Sequence record: DRR723986_791
Length of the DNA: 55,318 nucleotides
Reading direction: 5' to 3' (one strand)
Each line of letters begins with the position of its first letter. Position 1 is the first letter of the stretch. The notes beneath the pieces are model-generated. The model was not told the origin of the DNA. It worked only from the letters and a program-made list of their open reading frames with translations, and ran no database searches. This document shows, piece after piece, positions 1 through 9,489 of the stretch. The position numbers were made by a program, and so were the translations under genes.

Positions 1-257
1 CTGGAGAGCATGCTCCGTCGCTTCCAAGGGAACGCAAGAGAGTGCCTGATGCACTTATATGATCTAAATCAGTCGCCCAAAGGCAATACCGAGATAGCCT
101 CTGCCCGAGACAGCCAAAACTGAAACACTGATTTTGCCCAGCGAATGTAGCCCTGCCCCATCAAGCAGAGTTGGCTTTTGATCTACAATGTGCCCTACGA
201 AGCGATATTCTGCACTAAGATTTTTGCCCCTCCAATTCTCACATCTGGAATCGAACC

Positions 258-932
258 GTGGCACCACGGCTGAACGTCATTATTTCTCAACCTGCGACCC
301 GCGACAGCAGTTCGGCAGAGCTAGAAGAAAAGCTCATCGGCGAACTGATTATGTCGCAGGGCTTGGATGCAAATTTGGTTGGCCCGCTGGAACACATTGC
401 CGCCGATAGCACCGACTGGCTGTGTTTGAATGGATTCCGTGGCAGCTTGGCCCTGATTTCGTGGCTCGAAACCGAACAGATCGCCGAGCATTGGCAACGA
501 TTGGGACTAACGGGAACGGTTCGAAAATACGGCTCGCCAGGAATTCCAGGACAGTCCATCATCCACATTCCGGCCGATGTCGACTCAACCGTAGAGAGCA
601 TCACTGCAAACCTGCTGAAGATCCTTGACGACCGCAGCGTAAAGACCGTCGGCATCAATCTGCCGATAGCAAAACCGAACGGCAAATCAGCCTCGAACGC
701 TACCACTGCGAAGCCACCAGCAGCACAGCCGGAAAATCGCAATGGGACCAAGGGAGATGGTTCAGAGAAGCCAGCCTTGGCGAATAAGGCCGAACAAACC
801 AGTGCTCCAGGAGAAGCCGCCTCACAAGACAAGAAACACGACGCAGCACCGCAATCCACCGACATCAACAGCGAGGACGACTGGGCATCTCTGGACGACC
901 TGATTGATCAGCTTGACGCCTTTGACCAATAA
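258..932 (+). CDS. hypothetical protein; N-terminal ~135 aa resemble the N-terminal domain of a planctomycete ferredoxin-associated family, followed by a low-complexity tail
   Basis: 224-aa ORF with GTG start; 'LNVIISQ...LEE..IGELIM...L.L.SWL' pattern; no Fe-S cysteine motifs; acidic C-terminal helix WASLDDLIDQLD. Confidence 0.6.
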   Translation: MAPRLNVIISQPATRDSSSAELEEKLIGELIMSQGLDANLVGPLEHIAADSTDWLCLNGFRGSLALISWLETEQIAEHWQRLGLTGTVRKYGSPGIPGQSIIHIPADVDSTVESITANLLKILDDRSVKTVGINLPIAKPNGKSASNATTAKPPAAQPENRNGTKGDGSEKPALANKAEQTSAPGEAASQDKKHDAAPQSTDINSEDDWASLDDLIDQLDAFDQ

Positions 933-962
933 CTAATCAGTGCAGCAAGGAGGCTCGTGGGT

Positions 963-1622
963 ATGCAAGAACCGGACAACACACCTGATCGCGACGCCGC
1001 AAATGCCGCTCAGTGGGTCGGCTTTGAGCTTCACGACGGACTGCTTCAGTGGATCGTCGGCGCAAGAATGACGCTGCAGGCCAGTTTGGACTCGGCCACT
1101 GATCAGTCTGGTGTGCCGAAGGAGAAAGTACAGTCGGCGTTAGACGGCTTGCTCGCAGCCGCCGATGAAGGCCGGGCGCTGATTACGTTCTTAGAACGCC
1201 ACTCAGCGGCACAGATCAACGTCGATCTCAAGATAGTTATTCGCGAAGCGATCAACCAAATCGCCAAGCACGATGGGCCGCCGATCACGCTTGACACTTC
1301 GGGTGAGCTGGTCCTGCCGCAAGCGACTACGTGGCACATCACGCGGATTATTCAACAGGCGATACGAAACGCCATTCTGCACGCTCAAGCCACAACGATC
1401 GCGGTCAGCGCGGTCCGTCAAGACAACACACTGACGGTCTTGGTTCAAGATGACGGGGTTGGCTTTGATACCTCGGCGCCATCGCGTCCCAACCACTTTG
1501 GCCTTGGAAGCATGCAACAGCGCAGCGGAGCACTCGGTGGCAACCTGCAAATCCGCTCAGGTGTAGGCACAGGTACAGCAATTGAATTAACCGTGCGGAT
1601 TGATGACAGCAGCGACGATTAG
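963..1622 (+). CDS. sensor histidine kinase core (HisKA_3 + HATPase, NarX/UhpB type) with no sensor domain
   Basis: H-box ELHDGLLQ, N-box QQAIRNAILHA, G1 VQDDGVGFD, G2 HFGLGSMQQR, GTGT; AAGGAGG at 947-953 favours ATG 963 over GTG 957. Confidence 0.88.
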   Translation: MQEPDNTPDRDAANAAQWVGFELHDGLLQWIVGARMTLQASLDSATDQSGVPKEKVQSALDGLLAAADEGRALITFLERHSAAQINVDLKIVIREAINQIAKHDGPPITLDTSGELVLPQATTWHITRIIQQAIRNAILHAQATTIAVSAVRQDNTLTVLVQDDGVGFDTSAPSRPNHFGLGSMQQRSGALGGNLQIRSGVGTGTAIELTVRIDDSSDD

Positions 1623-1653
1623 CCGTTGCCGAAACGCAGACTCTAAAGCACCT

Positions 1654-1902
1654 CTATGAATCGGCGTCGTTTCCGATTTCTTTCAGTGACTTACCAAGTC
1701 GTTTTCGTCCCGTGTTGCCGCGGCGACCTGTGGTCTTGGGTGCGTCATCCGTGCGGTCGATGTTGAGAAAACCTGACACACTGGGATGCAATTCTTCTGC
1801 AGCCGCTGGTGATCCCAGTTGCTCGACTGCGTCGCTTACGCCCAACAGGACCGATTGCCGAACGCCATCACGGATCCATGTGAATAGATTCATATTGCTC
1901 AT
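1654..1902 (-). CDS. small conserved hypothetical protein
   Basis: 82-aa ORF with AAGGAGGA RBS upstream; 'WIRDGVRQSVLLGVSDAVEQLG...RKRLGKSL' pattern recalled from small planctomycete proteins. Confidence 0.75.
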   Translation of the reverse strand: MSNMNLFTWIRDGVRQSVLLGVSDAVEQLGSPAAAEELHPSVSGFLNIDRTDDAPKTTGRRGNTGRKRLGKSLKEIGNDADS

Positions 1903-2216
1903 CGCACGTTCCTCCTTGCGAGACTTTCATCAAATGCGGGAGGGAATTGCCAGCAATTCATTTTTACTTCTCCCACGCTGAGCCTGCGTTTTCGGCTGCA
2001 AGCCTTGCTCTCGTTCCTTGTACTGGCGACTCTCACAGCATGTCCAGAGCGATTGCTTGTCGCCTTCAATTCGACTCGACCACGGCTCTATAGCGGTTCA
2101 AGCCGCGTGTAACTCTTCAGCGCCTCGTTAACTCAAGAAACCTGGCCCCTCAACGGCTACAATGTACATCCCCCTGCCCTTACCTCCCCAAACCAACCTG
2201 CCTGCGGAGTTGAACG

Positions 2217-3515
2217 ATGACAAATCCACAATCCGGTCAACGTAGAAAATTTCTCGCCCAATCTGCAGCAATTGCTGCCGCAGCACCTGTTGCTTCGCAA
2301 GCCTTGGCTGGCGGGCGGCCAACGAAGAAAAAGGTTCGAATCGGCGTCATGGGATTAAGCCGCGGGATGGCACTAGCAAAAGACCTGGCCAAGATTCCAG
2401 ATGTTGAAATCGCTTACTTGAGCGATGTCGACAGCCGGCGGCGAGAAAGTGGCGTCAAAGCGCTCCAGAATAGCAACCAAAACCCGAAGGCAATCAACGG
2501 ACTGCACGCTCTCCTGAAGGATTCGACCGTCGACGCCCTATTCTGCGCGGCCCCCAACCACTGGCACGGGCTGGCTACCATCATGGCTCTTAATGTCGGC
2601 AAGCATGTTTACGTAGAGAAGCCCTGCAGCCATAACGCCCAGGAAGGCGAATGGATGGTACAAGCGGCCGAGCGGACAGGCTTGTGCGTTCAGATGGGAA
2701 CCCAACGTCGCAGTTCAACTGGTACACAAGCCGCCATGAAGGCGTTGCACTCGGGCAAAATCGGCAACGTTCTGTCTGCCCGTTGCTATTACACCAACTT
2801 ACGCGGGAGCCTTGGCTCTGGCGTACAGAAACCTGCTCCAAAGTGGCTCGACTTCGATCAATGGCAAGGCCCTGTGCCTCGCAGACCCTACCAGGACAAC
2901 GTGGTCCATTACAACTGGCACTGGTTCTGGCATTATGGCGGCGGAGAACTGGCGAACAACGGAGTGCATGCGCTCGATCTATGCCGGTGGGGTCTTCAGG
3001 TTGACTACCCCAGCCAAGTCATCAGCTCCGGCGGGCGTTACTGGTACGATGATGACCAAGAAACCCCCGATGCGCAAACGGCCTGCTTCGAATTCGATTC
3101 CGGCAAACGGATCACCTGGCAAGCCCATTCCTGCAACAGGCACGGTGTGAATGCATTCTGTGAGTTTTTCGGTGATGACGGATCCTTAGAGTTGGACGCC
3201 GACGGAAAGTTTCGAATTTACTCGCGCGACGACAAGCTCGTCGAGGAGAACGAAGAAGCCTCATCGGGACAGCTCGACCACCTTCGCAATTTCATTACCT
3301 GTGTTCAAGACGAAACACCTGGAGCGCTGAACCAGCCGATCTTGGAGGGCCACAAGAGTACGCTCCTTTGCCACTTGGGCAACATCGCATACCGCACTGG
3401 ACGCACAGTCAACTGTGGCGATCAAGGGCACATTCTGAACGACGAGCAGCAGCAATCGCACTGGGGCCGTGAGTACGACAATGATTGGGCCGACCTGGTC
3501 CGCCCCAACGACTAG
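2217..3515 (+). CDS. Tat-exported Gfo/Idh/MocA family oxidoreductase
   Basis: Twin-arginine signal QRRKFLAQSAA; Rossmann RIGVMGLSRG; APNHWH; KHVYVEKP; QMGTQRRS; GELANNGVHALD. Confidence 0.92.
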   Translation: MTNPQSGQRRKFLAQSAAIAAAAPVASQALAGGRPTKKKVRIGVMGLSRGMALAKDLAKIPDVEIAYLSDVDSRRRESGVKALQNSNQNPKAINGLHALLKDSTVDALFCAAPNHWHGLATIMALNVGKHVYVEKPCSHNAQEGEWMVQAAERTGLCVQMGTQRRSSTGTQAAMKALHSGKIGNVLSARCYYTNLRGSLGSGVQKPAPKWLDFDQWQGPVPRRPYQDNVVHYNWHWFWHYGGGELANNGVHALDLCRWGLQVDYPSQVISSGGRYWYDDDQETPDAQTACFEFDSGKRITWQAHSCNRHGVNAFCEFFGDDGSLELDADGKFRIYSRDDKLVEENEEASSGQLDHLRNFITCVQDETPGALNQPILEGHKSTLLCHLGNIAYRTGRTVNCGDQGHILNDEQQQSHWGREYDNDWADLVRPND

Positions 3516-3522
3516 CGTCCGA

Positions 3523-3570
3523 CCTCCCGCAGAGCCAGGTCCTCTCGCAGGGCCAGATCCTCCCGCCAGG
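3523..3570. repeat. imperfect 18-bp tandem repeat, about 2.5 copies
   Basis: cctcccgcagagccaggt / cctctcgcagggccagat / cctcccgccagg directly after the oxidoreductase stop codon. Confidence 0.6.
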
Positions 3571-3779
3571 TCACAGGCGTTTCGTTAGACACGGGCGCTT
3601 CCTCGGGTTCTCAACCATCACAACGGCAACAACTGTGGTCGTTGTAGGTCCAGTCGAACTGGAATCAGGTCCGCTCGAACTGAAATAACGTGTCCTACAG
3701 AGAAAGGTGGACGCAGGATAGAATCTGAGCTTCGAACCTGTGAATTCCGTGAAAACCCGCTCAAACGACCAAACTTGCG

Positions 3780-5726
3780 ATGGTACTGCTCTCAGCTCAG
3801 GAGATCTCAAAGTACTTTGGGGACGAAGAAGTCCTTCAATCCGCCGACGTGGAGATCCGCGCCGGGGACCATATTGCATTGGTTGGTCCCAACGGCGCAG
3901 GAAAAACGACCCTGCTGAAGATCCTGACGGGACAACAACAGGCCGATGGTGGCGAAGTCACATACCCGACGTCAGCCACTGTCGGATATCTGCAACAACA
4001 CCCGACGTTCGAATCTTCGGAGACCGTGTGGAGCGTCGCTGCGGCTGCAACCGGAGAAACTGCGGAGCTGGTCAAGAAGGCCGAGGCTCTTGCCGAAAAG
4101 CTTGCGGCAACCTCGGGCGACGAACACGATGCAGTGATGGAAGAGTACGACCGACTGCAAGTACGACTCCACCAGATGGACGCTTACAACTGGGAGCACC
4201 GGGTTGAGCGTGTGCTGCAAGGCCTTGGTTTCGAATCCGCCTGGTATCAAAAGCCAGCGCAGCAGCTCAGTGGTGGCCAGCAAAACAGGCTAATGCTGGC
4301 GTGCCTATTGCTGCAGCAACCGGACCTGATGATCCTTGACGAGCCGAACAACCACTTGGACATCGAGTCGACCGAATGGCTTGAGTCGACGCTCGCGAAT
4401 TGGCCAGGCGCTTTCCTGGTTGTCAGCCACGACCGCTTTTTCCTGGACAAGACAGCCACAACCGTACTTGAGCTGGTCGATGGACGCATTGATCGATTCA
4501 AGGGAAACTACTCGGCGTACGTGACCCAAAAGGCTCAACGCCTGGAGGTCCAGCGGCGAACCTACGAAAAGAACAAGGCGGAAGTTGAGAAGCTGGAAGA
4601 GTTCGTTCGCAAGCATCACCACGGCCAGAAGAGCACTCAAGCCGAAGATCGCCGCAAGAAGCTCGAACGCATCGAACTCGTCGCTCCACCAAGAGAAATC
4701 CCGACGCCACGGTTTCGCTTTCCCAAAGCGGCTCGCTCCGGTGATATTGTTGTTCGAACAACCGACCTGAGTAAAGCGTTCGATCGCCCCTTGTTTGCTG
4801 ACCTGAATTTGCAGGTCGAGCGCGGGCAGCGATGGGCGATCTTGGGTTCCAACGGTTGCGGCAAATCCACTCTGCTAAAGTGCATGCTTGGCGAGGTCGA
4901 AGCGGACCAGGGCGAAACGTCGCTCGGTCACAAGCTGCGAATCGGATACTTTGATCAACTGCTCAAACAACTGCCGGCTGATACCGAAGCGGTAGAAGCT
5001 ATACGGGTTCCGCATCGCGACTTAGATCACAAGGCCCGCAGAGATATCCTGGGGGCGTTTGGATTGAGCGGCGATGTGGTGACAAAGCCGATTGAAAAAC
5101 TCTCTGGAGGCGAACGCAACCGAGTCATGTTAGCATGGCTTTCTGCGATGGAAGCAAATGTTCTCATCCTAGACGAACCGACCAACCACTTAGATCTCTG
5201 GTCAAGGCACGCCCTTGAGAAAGCGATCCTCGATTTTGACGGCACGGTCATCTTGGTGACTCACGATCGCTATTTGGTAAACGCGGTTGCTGACAACGTC
5301 CTGGTCATGCGAGGCGGCAAGACGACCCAGGTCGTAGGAAATTATGATGCCTACCTGCACTGGCTCAGCCAGGGGCTTGGAGTAGACGACCGTGGTGCCG
5401 TGGGAGCCCGCAAGAACTCCGCAGGCAACGCGTCGGGCAAAAGCAGTCCAAATGGTTCAAAGGCGACCGCTGAGAAATCGAAGGCTGCATCGTCACGAAA
5501 AACCGAGAAACGAAAACGGAAGTTCCCTTACCGCAAAGTCGTCGACCTAGAGCAAGATATCGAATCGGAGGAAGCTAAGATCGAGCAGATTCATGCCGAA
5601 ATGCTCCTTCCAGAAAACCTGCGCGACGGCCGCAAAATGAAAGAACTGCAAGAACAGCTTCAATCGGCCGAACAACACCTTTTACATTTGTACGAACACT
5701 ACGAAGAAGCCTGCGAGCTAAACTGA
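3780..5726 (+). CDS. ABC-F family ATP-binding protein (Uup/YheS-like ribosome-associated ATPase)
   Basis: Two ABC domains (GPNGAGKT, LSGGQ, LDEPNNHLD; GSNGCGKS, LSGGE, LDEPTNHLD), no TM segments, inter-domain linker and C-terminal coiled coil. Confidence 0.93.
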   Translation: MVLLSAQEISKYFGDEEVLQSADVEIRAGDHIALVGPNGAGKTTLLKILTGQQQADGGEVTYPTSATVGYLQQHPTFESSETVWSVAAAATGETAELVKKAEALAEKLAATSGDEHDAVMEEYDRLQVRLHQMDAYNWEHRVERVLQGLGFESAWYQKPAQQLSGGQQNRLMLACLLLQQPDLMILDEPNNHLDIESTEWLESTLANWPGAFLVVSHDRFFLDKTATTVLELVDGRIDRFKGNYSAYVTQKAQRLEVQRRTYEKNKAEVEKLEEFVRKHHHGQKSTQAEDRRKKLERIELVAPPREIPTPRFRFPKAARSGDIVVRTTDLSKAFDRPLFADLNLQVERGQRWAILGSNGCGKSTLLKCMLGEVEADQGETSLGHKLRIGYFDQLLKQLPADTEAVEAIRVPHRDLDHKARRDILGAFGLSGDVVTKPIEKLSGGERNRVMLAWLSAMEANVLILDEPTNHLDLWSRHALEKAILDFDGTVILVTHDRYLVNAVADNVLVMRGGKTTQVVGNYDAYLHWLSQGLGVDDRGAVGARKNSAGNASGKSSPNGSKATAEKSKAASSRKTEKRKRKFPYRKVVDLEQDIESEEAKIEQIHAEMLLPENLRDGRKMKELQEQLQSAEQHLLHLYEHYEEACELN

Positions 5727-6694
5727 TGGCATTTTGGAACAAGAAAAAGAAGCAAGAAGAGTCCGAGGCTGAAGCTAGCGGGATCTTCGGCGGTATCAAA
5801 GCTGCACTGAAGAAGACCAGCACGGCGCTCAACACCGATATCCGCGACCTGTGGAAGAGCGGTGGTGAACTGGTCGACGACGAATTCTTGAAGAAGCTGT
5901 TCGCACTGCTTGTTAAAAGCGACGTGGGAGCTTCAATGGCGGCAAAGATTCGTGACCGGATCGGCAACGACTTTCGGGCACGGAAAGTCGAGTTCGAAGA
6001 AATCGTCTCAACAATTGCGACGGAAATCCGAGAGACGCTGGAACAAGATCCAGTCGAAGTCAACTTGGCCGAGTCGGGGCCAACCGTCATTTTGGTTGTC
6101 GGAGTGAATGGATCGGGCAAGACGACATCTATCGCCAAACTGGCACGTCGATTCGTGCAAGAAGGCAACCGTGTGCTCCTGGGTGCGGGCGATACTTTCA
6201 GGGCAGCCGCCGTTGAGCAGCTAACCATTTGGTCGGAGCGAATCGGCTGCGATATTGTCACCGCCAAGCAAGGAGCTGATCCTGGTACCGTTGCATTCCA
6301 GGTGTCGCAGAAAGCTCGCGACGAGAATTACGACGTTTGCATTATCGACACAGCGGGCCGGCTGCAGACTCAAAGCAACTTGATGCAGGAGCTCGAGAAG
6401 ATCCGTCGCGTCATTGCGAAGCACATCCCCGAGGCGCCGCACGAAGTTCTGCTCGTTCTCGATGCGACGGCTGGTCAGAATGCCATCAGCCAAGCCAAAG
6501 GATTTTCGGAGGTGGCTGGCTGCACCGGGATTATCTTGGCAAAGCTCGACGGCTCGGCGAAAGGCGGCGTGATTGTTCCCATTCGCCAAAATTTCGAACT
6601 CCCCGTCAAGTTCGTTGGCCTTGGGGAACAGATGGACGATTTCGCCGTGTTCGACGCCGAATCGTTCGTAAAAGCACTATTCGACGAGTCATAA
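5726..6694 (+). CDS. ftsY: signal recognition particle receptor FtsY
   Basis: GVNGSGKTTSIAKLA, DTFRAAAVEQL, DTAGRLQT, LDATAGQNA, KLDGSAKGG, GLGEQMDD; ATG overlaps the upstream TGA. Confidence 0.96.
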   Translation: MAFWNKKKKQEESEAEASGIFGGIKAALKKTSTALNTDIRDLWKSGGELVDDEFLKKLFALLVKSDVGASMAAKIRDRIGNDFRARKVEFEEIVSTIATEIRETLEQDPVEVNLAESGPTVILVVGVNGSGKTTSIAKLARRFVQEGNRVLLGAGDTFRAAAVEQLTIWSERIGCDIVTAKQGADPGTVAFQVSQKARDENYDVCIIDTAGRLQTQSNLMQELEKIRRVIAKHIPEAPHEVLLVLDATAGQNAISQAKGFSEVAGCTGIILAKLDGSAKGGVIVPIRQNFELPVKFVGLGEQMDDFAVFDAESFVKALFDES

Positions 6695-6813
6695 CCACCT
6701 ACAGAGGGTGGCGTCACTCCGCCAACAGCGGCCGAACAAACCCCGCAGGCCGCAAAGCTTACCAAGGTGGGATTCCTTCGGTAATTGGACCAGTGCATCT
6801 TCGGCAAATCCGA

Positions 6814-6841
6814 TCAATCTGCGGTGAATGATACACCGATA
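6814..6841 (+). promoter_or_regulatory. putative alternative-sigma (sigma28-like) promoter TCAATC-N15-ACCGATA
   Basis: The same two boxes with the same spacing occur at 48570-48597; CCGATA resembles the FliA/WhiG -10 element. Confidence 0.45.
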
Positions 6842-7003
6842 CGAGACTCTGGAAACGCGTTCATAGATGGGGTTTCGTACGGGTGCATGGATACTCGTTA
6901 GTGGCTCAACTTTCGGTGTGGCGGTCTTTGCTCCCCCCATCTGCGACCCAGCCAGGATTCGGTGAAGGTCGTTAAAGGACTCCGAATAATCAAGGATGAG
7001 AAA

Positions 7004-8287
7004 ATGAAAATTACCAAACTGGCGCTGTCTGCGGCTCTAGCTGCAGCTTGCCTTGGCGGGTCGACGGCTAAAGCGAGTGATTACGGCTATTACTCTTCGG
7101 AGCCAGCACCTGTCGCGTCGGCTGCTGACGTTGCAGACTACAGCTCTGTCATTCCTGCCGCTTGCTCCTGCGGCGACGCCCCAATGACTTGCGACACTGG
7201 ATGCGGCAACCTGTGCGACGCAGGCTGCGACTCCGGTGGATGCGATGGATTCGGCGGCGACTGCGGCCCATGGAAGCTCGTCCAAAACGACATCCTGGGT
7301 TTTGAAGTTGGCGGTTGGGCACAGCTCGGCTGGCACAGCTACAACAACACGCTTTTCAACCAGCACGCAGACAACGTCAATCTGCACCAAGCTTGGCTTT
7401 ACGCTGAGAAGGTTGCTGACGGAAGTTGCGGTCTTGGCTTCGGTGGACGCATCGACTACCTATACGGTGTTGACGCTCAAGACACTCAAGCTTTCGGCAT
7501 CAACAACAACCACTGGGACAATAGCTGGGACAATGGCATCTACGGCCATGCACTACCTCAGTTGTACCTAGAAGCTGCCTACGGCGACCTTTCGGTCAAG
7601 GTTGGTCACTTCTTCACCCTGATCGGTTATGAAGTCGTTGGCGCTACTGGCAACTTCTTCTATTCGCACTCGTACACCATGTACAACAGCGAGCCGTTCA
7701 CGCACACTGGTGTTCTTGCTACGCACAACACCAGCGACGCACTGACGACCTACGGCGGTTATGTCATGGGTTGGGACAGTGGCTTCGAAGACAATGGCGA
7801 CGCCTTCCTTGGCGGCTACTCTTTGGACCTGAACGACTCGGTTAACTTCACTAACCAGTTCATCATGGGTCGCTTCGGCGAAGGTGCTTCAAGCGAAGCT
7901 GGCTTCATGTCGAGTGCAATCCTGACCACTCAACTGACTGACTCGCTGACACACGTTCTGTGGGTTGACTACCTGGATTCCGATGGAACCGGTCGTGCTG
8001 TTGAGCGTGAGACGACTTCCTTCGTCAACTACCTGATGCTCGGCCTGACCGACAACATCACTTGGGGCAACCGCCTTGAGCTTTACAACATCGACAAGGG
8101 TGTTTACGGAGTCACCGCCGGTCGCAGCGACGTCTACGCATTCACCACTGGCTTGAACGTCGGTGTTGGTTCCAACATGCTCGTTCGTCCAGAAGTCCGC
8201 TGGGACTGGGACAAGGATGGAGTTGTCGGCAACGAACTTGGTGCTAGCCAAACGACAGTTGGTACCGACGTCATCTTCACCTTCTAA
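7004..8287 (+). CDS. outer-membrane beta-barrel porin (BBP2-like) with a Cys-rich N-terminus
   Basis: Signal peptide MKITKLALSAALAAACL; CDxGC repeats; GHFFTLIGYE, NFFYSHSY, EPFTHTG, RPEVRWDW; terminal Phe; ATG 7004 preferred over GTG 6962. Confidence 0.88.
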   Translation: MKITKLALSAALAAACLGGSTAKASDYGYYSSEPAPVASAADVADYSSVIPAACSCGDAPMTCDTGCGNLCDAGCDSGGCDGFGGDCGPWKLVQNDILGFEVGGWAQLGWHSYNNTLFNQHADNVNLHQAWLYAEKVADGSCGLGFGGRIDYLYGVDAQDTQAFGINNNHWDNSWDNGIYGHALPQLYLEAAYGDLSVKVGHFFTLIGYEVVGATGNFFYSHSYTMYNSEPFTHTGVLATHNTSDALTTYGGYVMGWDSGFEDNGDAFLGGYSLDLNDSVNFTNQFIMGRFGEGASSEAGFMSSAILTTQLTDSLTHVLWVDYLDSDGTGRAVERETTSFVNYLMLGLTDNITWGNRLELYNIDKGVYGVTAGRSDVYAFTTGLNVGVGSNMLVRPEVRWDWDKDGVVGNELGASQTTVGTDVIFTF

Positions 8288-8317
8288 GGTGTGCTTTTGA
8301 CGACCGCCCGAAAAAAT

Positions 8318-8355
8318 AAAAGCCGGCCAGGACACGTTCCTGGTCGGCTTTTTTT
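8318..8355. terminator. bidirectional intrinsic terminator between the porin and nrnA
   Basis: aaa-agccggccagga-cacgt-tcctggtcggct-tttttt hairpin with A and T tracts on either side. Confidence 0.88.
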
Positions 8356-8394
8356 GTGCGCTAGTTGTGGACTCGCTTGCGTGGATGACTCAAC

Positions 8395-9387
8395 TTAAGT
8401 GAGAAGACGATCCATCGCGGCCCGGACTTCAGGCAACACGGCACCGGTCACTTGATCCAAGCTTCCTTCAAGGAATGCACCTGCGGCCGCTCTATGACCA
8501 CCGCCGCTGAACTTCTTCGCCAGGTCGCTACAATCCACTGCACAACGAGACCGAAAGCTCAATTTAAAACCGCCCGTCGCCTGCTCAACGAAGATAACCG
8601 CGACTTGTGTTCCCGCGATGGCAAGTGTTAGATTGATCGCGTCTTCAGTATCCGACGCCACAGCACCTGTCTCGGTGAAGTCCTCCTTCAGGACGTGCGT
8701 GTAAACAAGCTGCCCATCACGTTCGTCTTGTGTTCGAGAGAGAATTCTCCCTCGCAATCGAACTCGTCCGATCGTATCGCGCTCGTACAAATCACCGTAG
8801 ATGCCCGATGGTGACGCGCCAGATTCGACCAGCTTCGCAATCATGCGGTACGTTTGCGGTGTCGTGGAACCGAATCGAAACCAACCAGTATCCGTTGCGA
8901 TCGCTGCGTACAAGGCCATCGCCATATTGCTCGATATTTCAACACCGAGATGCTCACAGAGTTGAGCAACCAAGTGGCCCGTCGCTTCAGAGCTCGTGTC
9001 CTTGTAGAAGGCTGCACCAAGATCATCCTCACCGACGTGGTGATCGACGCACAGCTTCTTGCCTTCGAAGCTCTTGAGGACATCCCCCATCGGTCCAAGC
9101 TGTGCCCAAGCGCTGGTGTCCAGGACGATGAAGCAGTCTGCTTTGACGTCGCCTGCTTCGACACCCTCACCGAGGACTTCAATCTTCTTGTCAGGATCGA
9201 TGAAGGCCAAGTTTGGAGGGGTGGGATGCCCATTGACGATACGCACTTTTTTGCCGAGCTGCTCAAGCGCACCCGCAAGCCCAAGCTCACTACCGAGTGC
9301 ATCACAGTCGGGGCGAATGTGGCTACACAGAATGAAAGAATCGCATGACTTGATCTCACCAACCAAGCCGTCCCAGTTAATCGCCAT
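8395..9387 (-). CDS. nrnA: DHH/DHHA1 family phosphoesterase (oligoribonuclease/PAP phosphatase NrnA)
   Basis: HIRPDCDALGS, LDTS, VDHH, IATDTGWF, SFRS, GGGHRAAAG; start placed at MAINW (9387). Confidence 0.88.
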   Translation of the reverse strand: MAINWDGLVGEIKSCDSFILCSHIRPDCDALGSELGLAGALEQLGKKVRIVNGHPTPPNLAFIDPDKKIEVLGEGVEAGDVKADCFIVLDTSAWAQLGPMGDVLKSFEGKKLCVDHHVGEDDLGAAFYKDTSSEATGHLVAQLCEHLGVEISSNMAMALYAAIATDTGWFRFGSTTPQTYRMIAKLVESGASPSGIYGDLYERDTIGRVRLRGRILSRTQDERDGQLVYTHVLKEDFTETGAVASDTEDAINLTLAIAGTQVAVIFVEQATGGFKLSFRSRCAVDCSDLAKKFSGGGHRAAAGAFLEGSLDQVTGAVLPEVRAAMDRLLT

Positions 9388-9489
9388 CAATTTCGTTTTC
9401 ACTAAGTAGTTAAAATGAGGAGCGGATGCATCGCTGGAGGCATTATACACGCTTCGTTCGCGACAAGGACCGCAGGCGAACAGACAGAC

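Noticed and set aside
2143-2171. TGGCCCC upstream of the Gfo/Idh/MocA gene as a third copy of the ECF-like motif
   Set aside because: No CGCATT at 16-nt spacing (it reads ACATCC); a TACAAT -10 box explains the region better
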